From Ginglymostoma cirratum (lineage: Eukaryota), in NCBI GenBank assembly GCA_024137785.1, contig JAHRHZ010000222.1, positions 34,784,463-34,848,462 on the forward strand: a stretch of 64,000 nucleotides of DNA. Reading direction: 5' to 3'. This document shows positions 38,729-52,992 of this stretch, one piece after another (within the stretch, counting starts at the first letter, position 1; the number at the start of each line of letters is the position of its first letter). Position numbers and translations under genes: made by a program. The notes under the pieces were generated by a model, which was given only the letters and a program-made list of their open reading frames with translations, did no database searches and was not told the origin of the DNA.

Positions 38729-39833
38729 TGTTATAAAGTGGAGGTCTAACCCCCTCTGTTAACTAAAACCAAAACACCAAGGGAGCCTTGCTTCACCCTA
38801 TAATCTGAAAAGAAGTGTGAAAAGTGGTATAACCTGCCTTTCACTTTCCAGTCTGTTGTAATGGAGTGGTTAAATAAAACGACATCCTTTCACTCACTCT
38901 TTTATCAACAAGTAACTACTTATCTAACTCTAACAGTGAACAAATTAACAGGACTACTAACAAATTGAACAATTCCTTCTTGACTATTAACTAATCCCAA
39001 ACAAAACAAAACTCTAATAGTATACATTCCAATACAGACAAGTCCCACTTATACAAACCAAAATAATATTAATATAAATCAAAACTTAATGCCTTGAAAT
39101 TACAACCAGGATGTCTTCCGGAATGCTCTGCGCCCTCTCCACTGATCTTCAGTCAGGAATGCCTTTCTCTGTCGAATTCTTATGTCAGGAATGCCTCTCT
39201 CCATCAAATTCTGGCATCAAGAACATTAGCTCGGAGTGCCACTGTACCTTTCGTCAGATGACAGTTACTCTGAGAACTTAGAGAATTCTGTGAAAGCCAG
39301 TTCTCTTTGGAGCTGATGGGCTGTCGACTCTATTAGGTGGCAGTTGCTCTCACACCGATTTTCAAATGCCCTTTTCTTTTATACCCTTGATGACCTACTA
39401 ATTTCTTACGATGGTTTTGACAACCTGGGACCAAAATTATCAGATTGAAAATTAATTCAGAAATAGTGGGAACTGCCGATGTTGGAGAATCTGAGATAAC
39501 AAGGTGTAGAGCTGGATGAACACAGCAGGCCAAGCAGCATCAGAGGAGCAGGAAGGCTGACGTTTCGGGTCTGGACACGTCTTCAGAAAGCCAATTAAAA
39601 TTAATTGGTTCTTAGTTTCTAAGTGCCTGGTTTAAATTAATTGGCTGATTTTCGAACTGGTCGCCTTGATAACAAAACAAACTACTGCCTGGGTTGCTAA
39701 CCATGCAGCCTTTTGATACAATTTTTCAATTTCAAGAGCTCTCTATGCACCTGCACATTTTTTTTATAATCTGCAAACCAAGAAAAATTATATCATCTTT
39801 CAAAGGGACCACAAACTCTCCCCCACCCCATCA
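38729..39833. mobile_element. Possible LTR-like element, interrupted by a PLE pLTR
   Basis: Starts TGTTATA and ends ...CATCA; internal short tandem repeat ggaatgcc.ctct x3; no TSD found. Confidence 0.25.
39459..39588 (-). mobile_element. Solo PLE pLTR with tail (family A), reverse orientation
   Basis: Reverse complement of 57909-58037; decayed hammerhead CTGAAGA-cgtgtccagaccc-GAAACGTC. Confidence 0.85.
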
Positions 39834-40828
39834 TTTGACAAACAAATTCTAATGTCCTCTATGCAACTTCGCAACAAATAGATGTTCAATTTCCCTTGGT
39901 GAAGGCAATGTTCTTCAACCTGCCAGTTCCTAGCCCAAAATAAAGTCAGTTCCTTCTACAGGAATTTGCTTCACGGCTCACAGTACAAACTTTTCTACTC
40001 ATTAAATCACTCTTTAAACTCTGCATAATCAGACTGGTTTGCAAATTCCATGTATACCTCCAATGAATATTTTCTCCATTACTAAGCCTTCTGGAACACA
40101 AATAGTATTGTAAATGCCTAACATGGGTAGATTTTCTTTTCGTTTAGCAAATATCTCATCTACACCAACTACAAATGTATAAAGTTTAGCTTGAGAGAAG
40201 GTCAAGCAGCACAGGCAAGTTGGAGAAATGGTATAAAGCAACAATGGGGAACACTGTAGGTATAGCAAAAGGTAACAGAAACACTCCCTTACAATTAAAT
40301 TATAATGCCACCTGTTTAATATTGGTCCACAGAGAAACAACTGTCCCAGTGAAATGGGTTCCTGATATCAAGAATCCTGCATTTGCCAACTGGAAACAAT
40401 TTTAGAAACAGACATTAATAACCAGTGAGACCATGAACAAGTGACAGAAGTTATACATCATTGCATGTACAACTGAAAAATAACAGTTTATAGCACATTC
40501 TATTACCCACCAACATTTTTATGCTTCATGACTATGTCATTCTCATCCGACAAAAACAGTCAAGGAACAAAAATACATGATCTGCTAACCAATGGGACAT
40601 GCTTTGCTTTTGGTAGATGTGCCCAACTCATTAACCACCTTAAGTAAACAAGTGTGAAAACACATTCACCCAAAATCCCTTTAATATACTCCTCATTACT
40701 CACTGGGTTTTGTGCAGTGAGTACCAAAAATATTCAAGCTTCACATTAGGCAAAAATCGAGTAAAAATGCAGGCTTCAACGCCATCTTCAAAAGCAAGTG
40801 GATTAGGCACAAGCACACAATGGTAACT

Positions 40829-41438
40829 GAGATAACAAGCATGGGGCTGGATGAACACAGCAGGTCAAGCAGCATCATAGGAGCAGGAAAACTTGACGTT
40901 TCGGGCNNNNNNNNNNNNNNNNNNNNNNNNNNNNNNNNNNNNNNNNNNNNNNNNNNNNNNNNNNNNNNNNNNNNNNNNNNNNNNNNNNNNNNNNNNNNNN
41001 NNNNNNNNNNNNNNNNNNNNNNNNNNNNNNNNNNNNNNNNNNNNNNNNNNNNNNNNNNNNNNNNNNNNNNNNNNNNNNNNNNNNNNNNNNNNNNNNNNNN
41101 NNNNNNNNNNNNNNNNNNNNNNNNNNNNNNNNNNNNNNNNNNNNNNNNNNNNNNNNNNNNNNNNNNNNNNNNNNNNNNNNNNNNNNNNNNNNNNNNNNNN
41201 NNNNNNNNNNNNNNNNNNNNNNNNNNNNNNNNNNNNNNNNNNNNNNNNNNNNNNNNNNNNNNNNNNNNNNNNNNNNNNNNNNNNNNNNNNNNNNNNNNNN
41301 NNNNNNCATTTCTGAAGAAGGGTCCAGGCCCGAAACGTCAGCCTTCCTGCTCCTCTGATGCTGCTTGGCCTGCTGTGTTCATCCAGCTCGACATCTTGTT
41401 ATCTCAGATTCTCCAGCATCTGCAGTTCCTACTATCTC
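40829..41438. mobile_element. Family-A pLTR arms flanking an assembly gap
   Basis: Left inverted arm 40829-40906; right arm with hammerhead core 41312-41339 and tail. Confidence 0.8.
40907..41306. other. Assembly gap (400 N)
   Basis: N run. Confidence 1.
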
Positions 41439-41449
41439 TATTCTAAATC

Positions 41450-44400
41450 CACAGTAGTCGCACTCTCCAGCACTTGGCCCTTTAGGCTTAAATGTTATGA
41501 CATTTCAAGTGCTCATCAAGTGCTTATTGAAAGGTTGGGGTTTCCCATCTCAACTACCCTCCCAGGCAGTACATTCAAGACCCTTACCATCCTCTGGGAG
41601 AAAAGGTTTTTCCTTAAATCCCCTCTAAGCCTCCTGCCTTTTACTTTAAAATTATGCCCCCTTGTTATTAAACCTTCAACTAAGGGGAGCAACAGCTTTA
41701 TATCCACTCCGTATAAGATTACAAGGGACAAGAACAATGTAATCAAGTCCCCTCCCAGCCTTCTCCACTCTAAAGAAAACAACCTGAGCTTATACAGTAT
41801 TACTTCAGAGGCACACTGCTTCATCCCAGCTACATCCTGGTGAATCTCCTCTCCAGCCCATCCAGCGCAATTATATCTTTCTGTAGTGCTGTGACAGAAC
41901 TGCAGATAGTACTCCAGCTGTGGCCAAACTAAAGTTCTGTACTGTTCCAACAGAACCTCCCCTTAGGAGGTCACGGTGAGCTTGATACAAACTTCTTGAT
42001 ACAAACAACAGAGGTCACAGCATTGACCCTGAGAAACACCGTTGGTCACAAATCTCCAGTCAGAAAAACACCCTTCCACCACTAATCTCTGGCTTCTGTG
42101 ACCAAGCCAGTTGTATATCCATCATCCGAGCTCACTGTGGATCTCATGTAACTTCAACTTCTGTACCAGTCTGCCATGTACCAGTCGGCCTTGCTAAAGT
42201 CCTTTGTAGACAACGCCCACCACCCTGCCCTCATAAATCTTTGCTACCTCCTCAAAAAACTCAATCAAGTTTGTCAGACACGACATGCCCTACACAGAAC
42301 TATGCTGCCTATTGCTAATAAGTCCGTAACTTGCAGAGTATAAGTAAATTCTGTCCCAAAGAATCTTCTCCAATAATTTCCCTACCACTGACGTAAGGCT
42401 CACCAGCCTATAATTTCATAGAGTATCCATGTGCCTTTCTTAAACAAAAGAACAATACTGGCTATTCTCCAGTCTTCTGTGACCTCTCCTGTGACCAAAG
42501 AGGACACAAAGATTTTGTACAAAGCCCTAGCAATTTCCACCCGCACTCCCTCAGTATCCTGGGATAGATCCCATCAGATCCTGGGGATTTGTCTACCTTA
42601 ATATTTTTCAAAACATCAACACCTTTTCCTTTTTTTATATTGACATGCCCTAGAACATTAACATACCATCCACCATGTCCTTCTCCTTTGTGAGTACCGA
42701 TGCAATGTATTTGGTATAGACCACACTCAAGGACATTTCGTGGTCCTTTTACCTGTCCTAACTCTTTTTGAAGTTTTTTTCCTACTTTCTTTATATTCTT
42801 CAATGGCTCTGTCTGTCCTCGGTTTCCTAAACCTTCCATATGTGTCCTTTTTTTTGATTACGCTCATAATTTCTCTTGTCATCCAAGGTTCCGGAACCTT
42901 GCCATCCTTATCCTTCATTTTCACAGCAAGATGCTGGACCTGGACTCTAATCAACTGGCCTTTAAAAGATTCTACATGGTAAATGTTGATTTACCCTCAA
43001 ACAGCCACCCCAGTTACTACCTAATATTGTCATAGTTAGCCTTCCCCCAGTTTAGTACTTTTACCAGAGAACTACCCTTATCCTTATCCATAAGTAACCT
43101 AAAACTTACAGAATTATGGTCACTGTTCCCAAAATGCTCCCCCAATGAAACTTCAATCATCTGGCAGGGCTCATTCCCCAATACCAGGTCACAATGGTCC
43201 CCTTCCTATTTGGATGATCTCTGTATTGTTTCAAAGACCATCCTGGACACACCTAACAACTTCTGTCCCCTTTAAGCCTCTGGCACTAAGAGTGTCCCAT
43301 TCAATATAGGGGTGCTTAAAATTACCCACAACAATAACCCTTCTTCCATATTTTTATTCATTCGTAGGATGTGGGGATTTCTGTCCAGGCCAGCATTTAT
43401 TACTCATCCCAAATTTAACTTTTTTCTTATTAATTCATGGGATGAGGATGTTACTGCCTAGGCCAGCATTTATTACCCATCTCTAACTGCCCAGACGGCA
43501 GTTAAGTGTCAACCACACATTGCTGCGGGTCTTGAGTCATGCGTAGTCCAAGCCAGGTAAGGATAGCAGTTTCCTTCTCTGAACTACATTAGTGAACCTG
43601 ATAATTGCGAATGGTTTCATAATCATCAGTGGACTCTTAATTCCAGATATTTATTGAATTTGAATACTTCACCTGCCATTCAAACCCAGATCCCCAAAAC
43701 ATTACCAAGTTCTCTAGGTTAATAGTCCGGTGATTATACCGCTAAATCATCATTTCCACAATCTGATCACATTTCTATCCCTCTATCACCTGGTGACTGC
43801 TGGGAGGCCTGTAGTACAACCCCAAAGCGTGTCGTACAACCCCCACAGTTCCTCTTCCTGAACTCTTACTCATATGAGCCCTCAAAGGTGTCTTCTTTCA
43901 GTAAAGCGGAGATATTTTCCCTTATCAGTAATGCAACTCCCCCACCTCTTTTACAACCCTGTCCATCTCGCCTGAAACATCCAAAACCACTACATGAAAC
44001 TGCCAGTCCTGTCCCTCTCTCAACTAAGTCTCTGAAACAGCTACAGCATCACAGTTATATGTATTAATCCAAACTCTGAATATATCTGCCTTACCTGTCA
44101 TCCTCATCACATTAAAACAATACACCTCAGACTGCCAGTCCTGCTGTGTTCAGTAATCTCTCCACCTGTTCTTCCTCTTAGTCTTATTGGTTTTAGTCTC
44201 AGACTCCTCCTCAGTCATTTTACTCACTGACCAACTTGCTCTGGTGCCCATCCCTTCTACCACACTAGTTTAACCCTTCCCAAGTGGTGCTAGCAAACCT
44301 CGCTGCCAGGATATTGGCATCCTGCCAGTTTAGGTGCAACCCATCCTTCTTGTACAGGTTCCAACTCTTAATGATCCACAGACCCGAAGCTCATCCTCTT

Positions 44401-45130
44401 ACACCAGCTCTTCAGCCACGTATTTAACTGTACTATATTCTTATTTCTAGCCTCATTGGCACGGGGCACAGCAAGTAATCCTAAGATTATAACCCTGAGG
44501 TCCAGTTTACAATTTGCCACTTAACTCCCTTTGCAGGACCTCGTCACTCTTTCTGCCTATGTCGTTAGTACGAATATGTACCATGATGTATGGCTGCTCA
44601 CCCTCCCATTTCAGGATGTGCCACACCCACTCAGAGGCATCCGGGGAGGCAACATACCATCCTTAAGCCTCTGTGCAGCCACAGAAATGTCTATCAATCC
44701 CCTGACTATTGAGTTCCCTATTTCCTCGGCTCTACTGCACTTTGACCCTCCCTGTTATACAACAGAGCCACCTGTGGTGCCACAGTTCTGGCTGCTGCTG
44801 TCGCCATCCTCTGAAGGGTCACCCCCACCAATGTCCAAAACAGTATACTTGTTAGAGAGGGGAGTAACCACAGGGGACTCCTGTACTGACTGTCTGCCCC
44901 TTCTTGCGGTCATCCATCTATCTGCCTGAACCTTGGGAGTGACCACACCTCTGTAATTCCTGCCAATGACACTTTCTGCCTCCTACAAACTTTTAAGTTT
45001 GTTCAATGGCCGCTCCAACGTATCCATGCAGTCTGACAGCAGCTGCAAGTGGGCACAATTCAGCCATGTTCAAACTGTCTCCGATTTCCCACATGCCACA
45101 GGGGAAGCATACTATCCCACTGACTGCCAT
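41450..45130 (-). mobile_element. Long internally deleted CR1 LINE (ORF1 remnant, endonuclease and RT; possibly composite)
   Basis: ORF1-like WMTARRGRQSVQESPVVTPLSNKYTVLDIGGGD; ORF2 EPWMTREIM..KKKD.Y.RFR, IKVDKSPGSDGIYPRILRE, YRTLVWPQLEYYLQF. Confidence 0.85.
43350..43750 (-). mobile_element. tRNA-headed SINE (same family as 17485-17822) nested in CR1, with an extra tail copy
   Basis: ggccagcatttattac occurs twice (about 43388 and 43461); core cagtttccttctctgaactacattagtgaacc; head ttcaaacccagatcccc. Confidence 0.75.
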
Positions 45131-45499
45131 TTTTACCCTCTAGCTGCGATCTATTAAATTAATTTACAGCTAACTAAATAGTTCCGAGTATTAGATACTC
45201 ACTAAAAAATATTAAATACACTATCCTGTAAACAACATTCTAGCGCTCTTCTCAATTCCTGTACTGTACCACTCAACCACTAGCCCAAAACCTTACGGGT
45301 ATGAAAAGGTTAATGGAAATTGAAGATAAGACAAAACAAAAATCACCTGACTATCATTGAACAACCAGAAGCCCTTCTGTCCAAAAGGCCACTTTTGAAC
45401 TTGTGATGTGACCAAGTGCAGTTCCCTTGATCCTTCCCGTGAAATGAAACATGGTAAGGCTGCTAACTTGCGCCATCTCCTCAAACCCGGCCTGTCTGG

Positions 45500-45825
45500 T
45501 TTTGGTTCCTGGCTGCTCGTCAAGGTAAGGCTGCTACTTGAAGCTAGCAGATATGCTGACTGCACTGACTTCTCCAGGAATCGTCTTCAGTCACTTCTCA
45601 TCCTTAATAAATAATGCAACCCCACTGCCTCTTGTACACTCTCTCCCGTCCCGCCCGAAGATCTTATACCGTGGAATGCTGAGTTACCAGTCCTTCCCGT
45701 CTTCAACCATATCTCTGTGATTGTAACAACATCACATTTCCATGTGTCAATCCATGTCCTTAGCTCAAATGTCTTCCCTAAAATATTCCTAGCATTAAAG
45801 CAAAGGCAATCCAGCATCACCTTAC
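45500..45825 (-). mobile_element. CR1 endonuclease N-terminal fragment
   Basis: ORF LDCLCFNARNILGKTFELRTWIDTWKCDVVTITEIWL. Confidence 0.8.
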
Positions 45826-45949
45826 GCCCTTGAAAATCAACACAACTGAACTCCCTCTGCCTTGGTTCCTTTCATTAAATATGCTGTTTCTCTATTGTAC
45901 TGACACTGTGTCCTCTCCCCCGGAAGGCATTGAACTTGAGTATTATTCT

Positions 45950-46880
45950 ACACTCCACCAAGATAGTGAGGTATATTTCATCTGCAAAATTGTACCTTAT
46001 TGGTGGTTGAAAGGTTTGAGAATTTGGGAGGTGAGTGACATGTCAGTATTCAGTACCCAATTATGGCCCTGCAGCCACACCCATGTACTGTTCTGGTCCA
46101 GTTAAATTTCTGGTGAGTGTTCACTTTTCCCAGGTGATAGGGATTCGACAATAGTAACATCACTGAATTTCAAGGAAGGTAGTTAGATTCTCTCTTGTTG
46201 GAGTCAAGTCATTTCCTGGCACCCGAATGGCACAAATCTTTCTATTTATTGTCTATATCTAGTTGCATTTGGCCATGGACTGTTTCACTATATGAGAAAT
46301 TGAGAATGGAACTAAACACCATACATTTATCTGTGAACATCTCAAGTTTTAATGGGCTGAAAAGCATTTACGATGCAGCTCAAGGTGGTTCAGACACTAC
46401 GGGAAGGAAGGTTCCACAGCGATGACCTGGGGATAATGCGATTGACTAACAAAGAAAACCATCTTTCTTTGTGCTGTTTATGACTCCAATCAGTGGAGAG
46501 CTTTCCCAATTGCCACTATTTTCAATTAAATTAGGAATCCTCGGCGTCAAACTGCTGCTCTCATACCAAGGGCAGCCACTCTCACCTTAACTCTGGAATC
46601 CAAGTTCTTTTGTATATGTTGGAGCAAAGGCTATAAATGAGGTCTGCAGCTGAAGTTTTCTGGCAAAACTCAAATTGAACATCAGTGACGAGGTCTTCGG
46701 TAAGCAAGTGCTGCACAGCAGCACATTAACTGATGCAGCAGCAATTGGTCAGGTTGGATTTTTCCTTTTTTTGTGCACAGAATATACCCGGTAATGTTTC
46801 ATCTATTAATGAGAGGCCAGCATTGTGGCCACGTAGAAAAGCTTGCTTAGAAGCACAACCAGTTCTGAAGCATCAGCCAT
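45950..46880 (-). mobile_element. Degenerate LINE-B RT fragment
   Basis: ttagattctctcttgttggag, tatgactccaatcagtggagag, cactctcaccttaactctggaatcc: reverse of motifs at 20870-21320. Confidence 0.6.
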
Positions 46881-46954
46881 TAGCACGACTGAGGCTAGGG
46901 TTGGTAGTCTCTACAGTACACTTCAATACAGAATTAGCTGAAGTCTAAGAACTA

Positions 46955-47920
46955 TATCCTAGGCCCAACTGTCTTCAACTGCTTCATCAATGACCTGCCT
47001 CATTATACGGTCAGAAGTGGAAATGTTTGCCAATGATTACACAATGCTCAGCACCATTCACGACTCCTCAGATACTGGAACAGTCCATGTTCAAATGCAA
47101 CAAGATCTAACAATATCCAGGCTTGGGCTGCCAAATGGCAAGTAACATGTGTGCCACACAAATGCCAGGCTATGACCACCTCTCATGAGAAATAAATCTA
47201 ACCATTGCCCCTGACATTCAATTGTGTTACCATCATTGAAACCCCCACTATCAACATCCTTGGAGTTACTATTGACCAGAAACCCAACTGGACTCTCCGC
47301 ATAAACACAGTGGCTACAAGAGCAGGCCACAGGCTAGGAATACTGCAGTGAGTAACTTATCTCCTGGCTTCCCAAAGCCTGCCCATCATCAACAAGGCAC
47401 AAGTCAGGAGTGTAATGGAATATTCCCCAATTACCTGGATGGGCGCAGCTCCAATAACACTCAAGAAGTTTGACACCATCCAGGACAAAGCAGCCCGCTT
47501 GATCGGCACCACATCCAAAAACATCCACACCTTCTCTACCACCAACACTCAGTGGCAGCAGTGTGTGCTATCTACAAGAAGCACTGCAGAAATTCACCAA
47601 AGATCCTCACAGACAGCACCTTCTAATCCAGGACCACTTCCATCACAAAGGACAAGGACAGCAGATACTTGGGAACATCACCAACTGCAATTTCCCCTCC
47701 AAGTCACTCACCATCCTGACTTGGGAGAATATCACCAGTCCTTTACTGTCGCTGGGTCAACATCCTGGAATTCCCTCCCTAATGGCATTGTGGGTCAACC
47801 TACGGCACGTGGACTGCAGTGGTTCAAGAAGGCAGCCCAAAACCACCTTCTCAAGGGCAACTAGGAACGGGCTGTCCTGCTGGCTGGCCAGCCAGCAACA
47901 CCAACAACCCATAAGTGAAT
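46955..47920 (+). mobile_element. LINE-B RT C-terminus plus 3' UTR
   Basis: cctaggcccaactgtcttcaactgcttcatcaatgacctg (LGP..F.CFINDL); ORF MEYSPITWMGAAPITLKKFDTIQDKAARLIG...WNSLPNGIVG..FKKAAQNHLLKGN. Confidence 0.9.
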
Positions 47921-50900
47921 TAAAACTAAAATGTTTGGTACCTCAGCAACAGGCTTTGGTGGATCATCAATTGGGTTCTTCTTGCGCAAGCTAGTAGCAA
48001 TTTTTTCATTTGCGTGACATTTGCTCTCATCTTTTGTGCTGTATCATCATTGAATTTCCACGTACATTATATCCTCATCGATTCCACCACCATCTATGTC
48101 TGGATGTGACAGAATTGTAGATCTTTGATCTAATTCATTGTTTGTGAGATTGCTTAACCGTCTATACCATGATGCTTCAGCAACTTAGCATGTATCAGGC
48201 CTTTTGCTGGAGCTTCACAAAACTCCTAGAATAATCTTGCAAAATCTGTACTGAACCAGGACTGGTCACCTTTATGCTAATGGTACAATGAAGGATTTAC
48301 TACTTTATAAAACTACAGATTAAAGTGGAATACAGCTCTGGGGCCACCGATGGCCCTCAGCACCTCATGGATACCTAGCCTTGAGCTGATACATATGTTC
48401 TGAATTTATTTCACTCAGCATAATGTGCAAGGCACATAAAACACAATAAAGGGTGTGTTGAGTACTAAAACAGGACTTCACCACAAGTAATGTCCAATCT
48501 TTTTCTCCCTAATTGGCCTGGACTTTTTTCTAGAAATTTTTTGTGACTGTCCCGGAAGATTTTATAGTGGGTAAGATATCTACACAGGACAAGTTGAATC
48601 GACCAACTGGTCTTTTCCGGTGTCATTTTCCTTTGTAGACACAGTGCGACAAATCTGACTGTCGTCCTGTAAGTTCCAAACATTCACTACAAGCATTTTC
48701 CAAGTACAACTGGCTATCAGAAGAAAAATCAAGTGTCCAATCACAGCAGGACTCCAACTATAGCACTCACTACTGTAATTAATGTTTATGATCAACATAT
48801 ATTTAGCTGATACAAATTCAATGCCATATGCAGAATTCTGTAAAAACAAAATATATCTAGTGAAAAATTAAATTAAGACGTTCAATAAAATTTAAATCTT
48901 CATTTTCGCCACATTACAAAAGTCACTAACAGTCACATGAATCTGGGACTGGGAACAGCTGCTCTGACTGAAGTGATATGTATTATAACCATGTAGCTGC
49001 TTCATCTCATACTTGAAATAAACAAGCATCTGTTTCCCTTTCAAATATAAAGATACTAGTGTTTTCCTACATTTACCTATTAAAATCCATTGCAAGTGAA
49101 AACTAATGTTGAAGAACATGTTCCTTTGTGTATAATTCACAAATTAAATTGGAAACATCTGTTTGCCAATTCATGCAGCAATTCTTTAAATCCTTAAGGG
49201 TGAAAAGCTTCAATCAGCATTCAACTGTTTGTAGATTCATTGTGTACAGATATCTACACAAGGCTATTATTGTATTGCATTATTATTAGTTTTACTCAGA
49301 AAATTTAGACTGCTGTTCCAAATAAAACAGGCAGAGCTAATCCTTTTTTCATTTACATCTAGGTACGGTAGTAACTATTCAGTCAATTCAGTGTTTTGCT
49401 TTACAACTTATACCAAACATAAGTTACATACTGGCACACGAATTGCTCATTTTCATTTTCACTGGAGACATTGTACTAATATAAATTTGCCCTTTTTGTC
49501 TCTAACACTACAATTTATACCATCAGTACAAAGTATGTTGAATAGCAGTGATTTTCAAAATTATTCCTACTGATTACAGGTTCTATACCTATCTAAAGCT
49601 GGTACACCTTCCATGTAAACTAGCAAGCAAATCAACGGCACGATAAATGTCCCACTGTGCAATGTACTTACTATAGATTCATTGGCAATTAAGTTCCACT
49701 CTTCATACATTTCAACTAGAGGTAATAAAAAGCTGCAGGTGGCAAACTGCCTTAAACTAAAAAAAGTTCAATAGACAGCCCTATTTCTTCATTACTTCTC
49801 TGATTAGGACTTGAAATATATTAAATTAATTTATTATTGCAGTCAATTTTGGATTTAACATGTATGTGCATTTTTCAGTCAAGAGTATGATTACGTTTAA
49901 ATCAATTTTCAGGAAAAGTATAATTGAGTTATTACAAATAAGTCAACGGGCATGCAACGAATAAATCATTACAAGAAGTGGTCTTGCAAATGTCAGCTGG
50001 ACCATAAGATATGATTAGCATTTAGAATTAGTCCCATATATTATTTGCTTCCCCACTAAATATTATGCATGATGAAAATGGTGTTGGCAATGTTATTCTA
50101 ACTGTAATTTTCTTTATGCAGCAGTATATTTACAGTGTAAACCAATGGTCAGAATACACTACATATTCATTGTGCAGCAACAGCCACACTGGACTGGACG
50201 TTAAACAGATACGATAAAATCAATGACAGATTATCACTTGGTTAAACTTCAACAATCACTAGAATATAACATAATATAGGAAATTCTCAGAGTGTTTACA
50301 TAAAACGTAAGTAGCTCATAAATGTCATTTGAGCCTCAAAATTAAATTACACCCTCAAATTTAGTCACATTTAGGGAAAAATGTTTGGCATTTTAATTTA
50401 TTTCCAAGTCTTTGCTTTGCTGGCAATAAATGTTGTGGCAGTTGCTGTTGACCAGATGTATTCCATGTTGTGGATCTATGATGAAGGTCACACTAAAAAT
50501 TAACAACTGTGGACAGAATCATATCAAGTTAATTGTGTAATAATTCACAAACACTCATTGGGAAATAATGGCATAAGACTGCGACAGAAATAATATTTTT
50601 AAAACCTAAAGTCATTCAATTCAATTTTATCTAAATAGGTGTAAAAACTTGGATTTCCTTCATATAAATGTTGCTTTGGTTTAACCCAATCATCTCCACT
50701 TAGGTTCTTAAATGCATTCAAATTATATTAACAAATATTCTCTGCAGCACCATTAATTTGTTTTGATTTACATGGTGAAGTGTCACAGCAGATTTTGCAA
50801 ATGTTCCATTCTTTATTTGCAGGAACATGCAGCACACAAGTTAATGAATCCCAGCTTCATTTTCACTCCATAGTCACTAATATGTTCTGTTTGAATTTTG

Positions 50901-52992
50901 TAGTCTGGAAATTAGCAAGGACTACTTTTGCCATCACAGCTAAACTAGTGGAAACTAGCAAATCAGTATTCCTGTTGCTAACATATACATTTTGAGACAT
51001 AAGCAAATAAATGGAAACAATGCATTTCTCTCCACATATGCAGCCAGGCCAGTGAACTTTTCAGCATTTTAATTTTAGTTTTGGATTTCCATCATCCAGA
51101 GTATTTCTGCTTTTGTGTAAGCTTGCACATTCCTGCCTTAAATGAAGTTAGCAGAAGTCTAAAATACAGCAGGAGTTTCAAAGATTAAAACTTAAAACAG
51201 TTATTAATTAACTAGAAGAAAAATGTTAAAGTAACTATGAATACTTTGAGATACATTGCATAATCACAAATTGATGGACAAAGGGGTTAAAAATCTGAAA
51301 TTAAAGTCAAGATTTTTCTCGCATATCAAATTTTCCAATCAACCTTTTGATTTATTTTAGATGCATAAAAGATAGCCTGGCCAGTTCATGAAGTAACTTC
51401 AAACAGAGAAACTGCAGTTACACCTATAAAGTAGCCTCCTGTTAATCAATACGAGTACAACCAGAAATGCCGCTGAATTACACAAAATAATATGATGCTT
51501 CTATAATATCATTCACTGTTTCTCAGCAACAATATAACTAAATCTGTTTAAATAAGCAGACACATTTAAGGGTACTCGATCCAATGAGAAATTTACTAAA
51601 GTGACACAAGATTTAGTATTTACAAATATGGGGTAAAATGTTAAACTCTTTCCTCAGCAATGTAACGTTTAAAACAGCATCTGCGAATTCTGGTTTGCAA
51701 CAAGATATTCTGCACCAGTGAATGATTTGTTCCAGCAGCTGTAACATAATCTCTCCATTTTTATAACTACACTTGGAGTTCCTAATTATTGGTCCACAAA
51801 GAAGGAAGGGTCCAGACTCTCTCAGGATTACTTTATACTCATGAGATGTTTAGTCCAGCAATAACTCAGGATCGTATAAAGAATATGTGGGGGTGGTCTG
51901 GGGGAGAATTATTTCCCCAAGGTCCTTTTTGTTCACAGCCTGCCACCTGGGCTATGTGATTTTAAAAAAAATACCAAAATGCCAGGAGGAAAAAACATTG
52001 CAACCTACATCATTAGTGACAACCACTGTACTTCACCACCAGCACATGTACCTAACCTGCATATACGCATTCACAGATAACTGTCTTCCAATGAGGCTGA
52101 ACAAATATTTAACAATTGTGCCTGTGTGTTCATGGAACTCAAAATTCAACAGATTGATCCAGATAGAAATTGGAGAGTTATAAAATTAATACTTGGTCAT
52201 AATGTAGGAAGTTATTATCATCCAAAACTTCTAACTTTTGCTGCAAAAGGCCCAATTCTGATATAGATCTGGAAACATTTTCTCACAGTTCTGTACAAGT
52301 CGCATTCTCAGCACAACTTTCAAAATTTTGTTGCAGGTTCTGGATATGCATACAGCATGGACACTTCACAAAACTGTAATGTAATTGATAGGGTAACAGT
52401 AGCATATAGGATGGGGAGCTATTAAAAATTTGTGAATCTTAAGCTGCTGACAATTGCATTTAAGGAACACAATCAAGTGCATACATCACATCCTGAAAAA
52501 TATAGGAAAATAAATATTATCTGAATATTAATGTAGGATAATAAGGGTTCACATAGTTTACAATTACATTTTACTGAACTTAATCTTCATGTTATCCCCG
52601 AACTAAGAGGTGAACCAAGCTCAATAATAAATGCAATTTCTCCATTCCAGCCCTATCTGCAGATAATGCTATTTTAAAATTTCTGTTGTCCAAAAGATTG
52701 GTTTGAACTTGTTGCAACGTCCTCCTAAACTGCAGTAAAGCTACTTGAGGACACTCAAGTTGGCTGTTTAAACACTAGAAATCACTAACGAGAACAATGA
52801 GATGAGAGGCATCAACTCAATAGCATTCCTTCCCACACGTTCCATGGCTGTCTAACAGCACTGCCTCAGGACCTGGCGCATCGACAGAGGAGCAAGGACT
52901 AGAACTTCAAAATAGGAAACTTTAGGACCTAACTGGGGAATACATGGTCCGGGATAAGATGGGTTATAACTGAGATGTGTTATAATTAAGAT

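Noticed and set aside
40820-41446. Long ORFs spanning N runs (also 63009-63494)
   Set aside because: Artefacts of translating through gaps.
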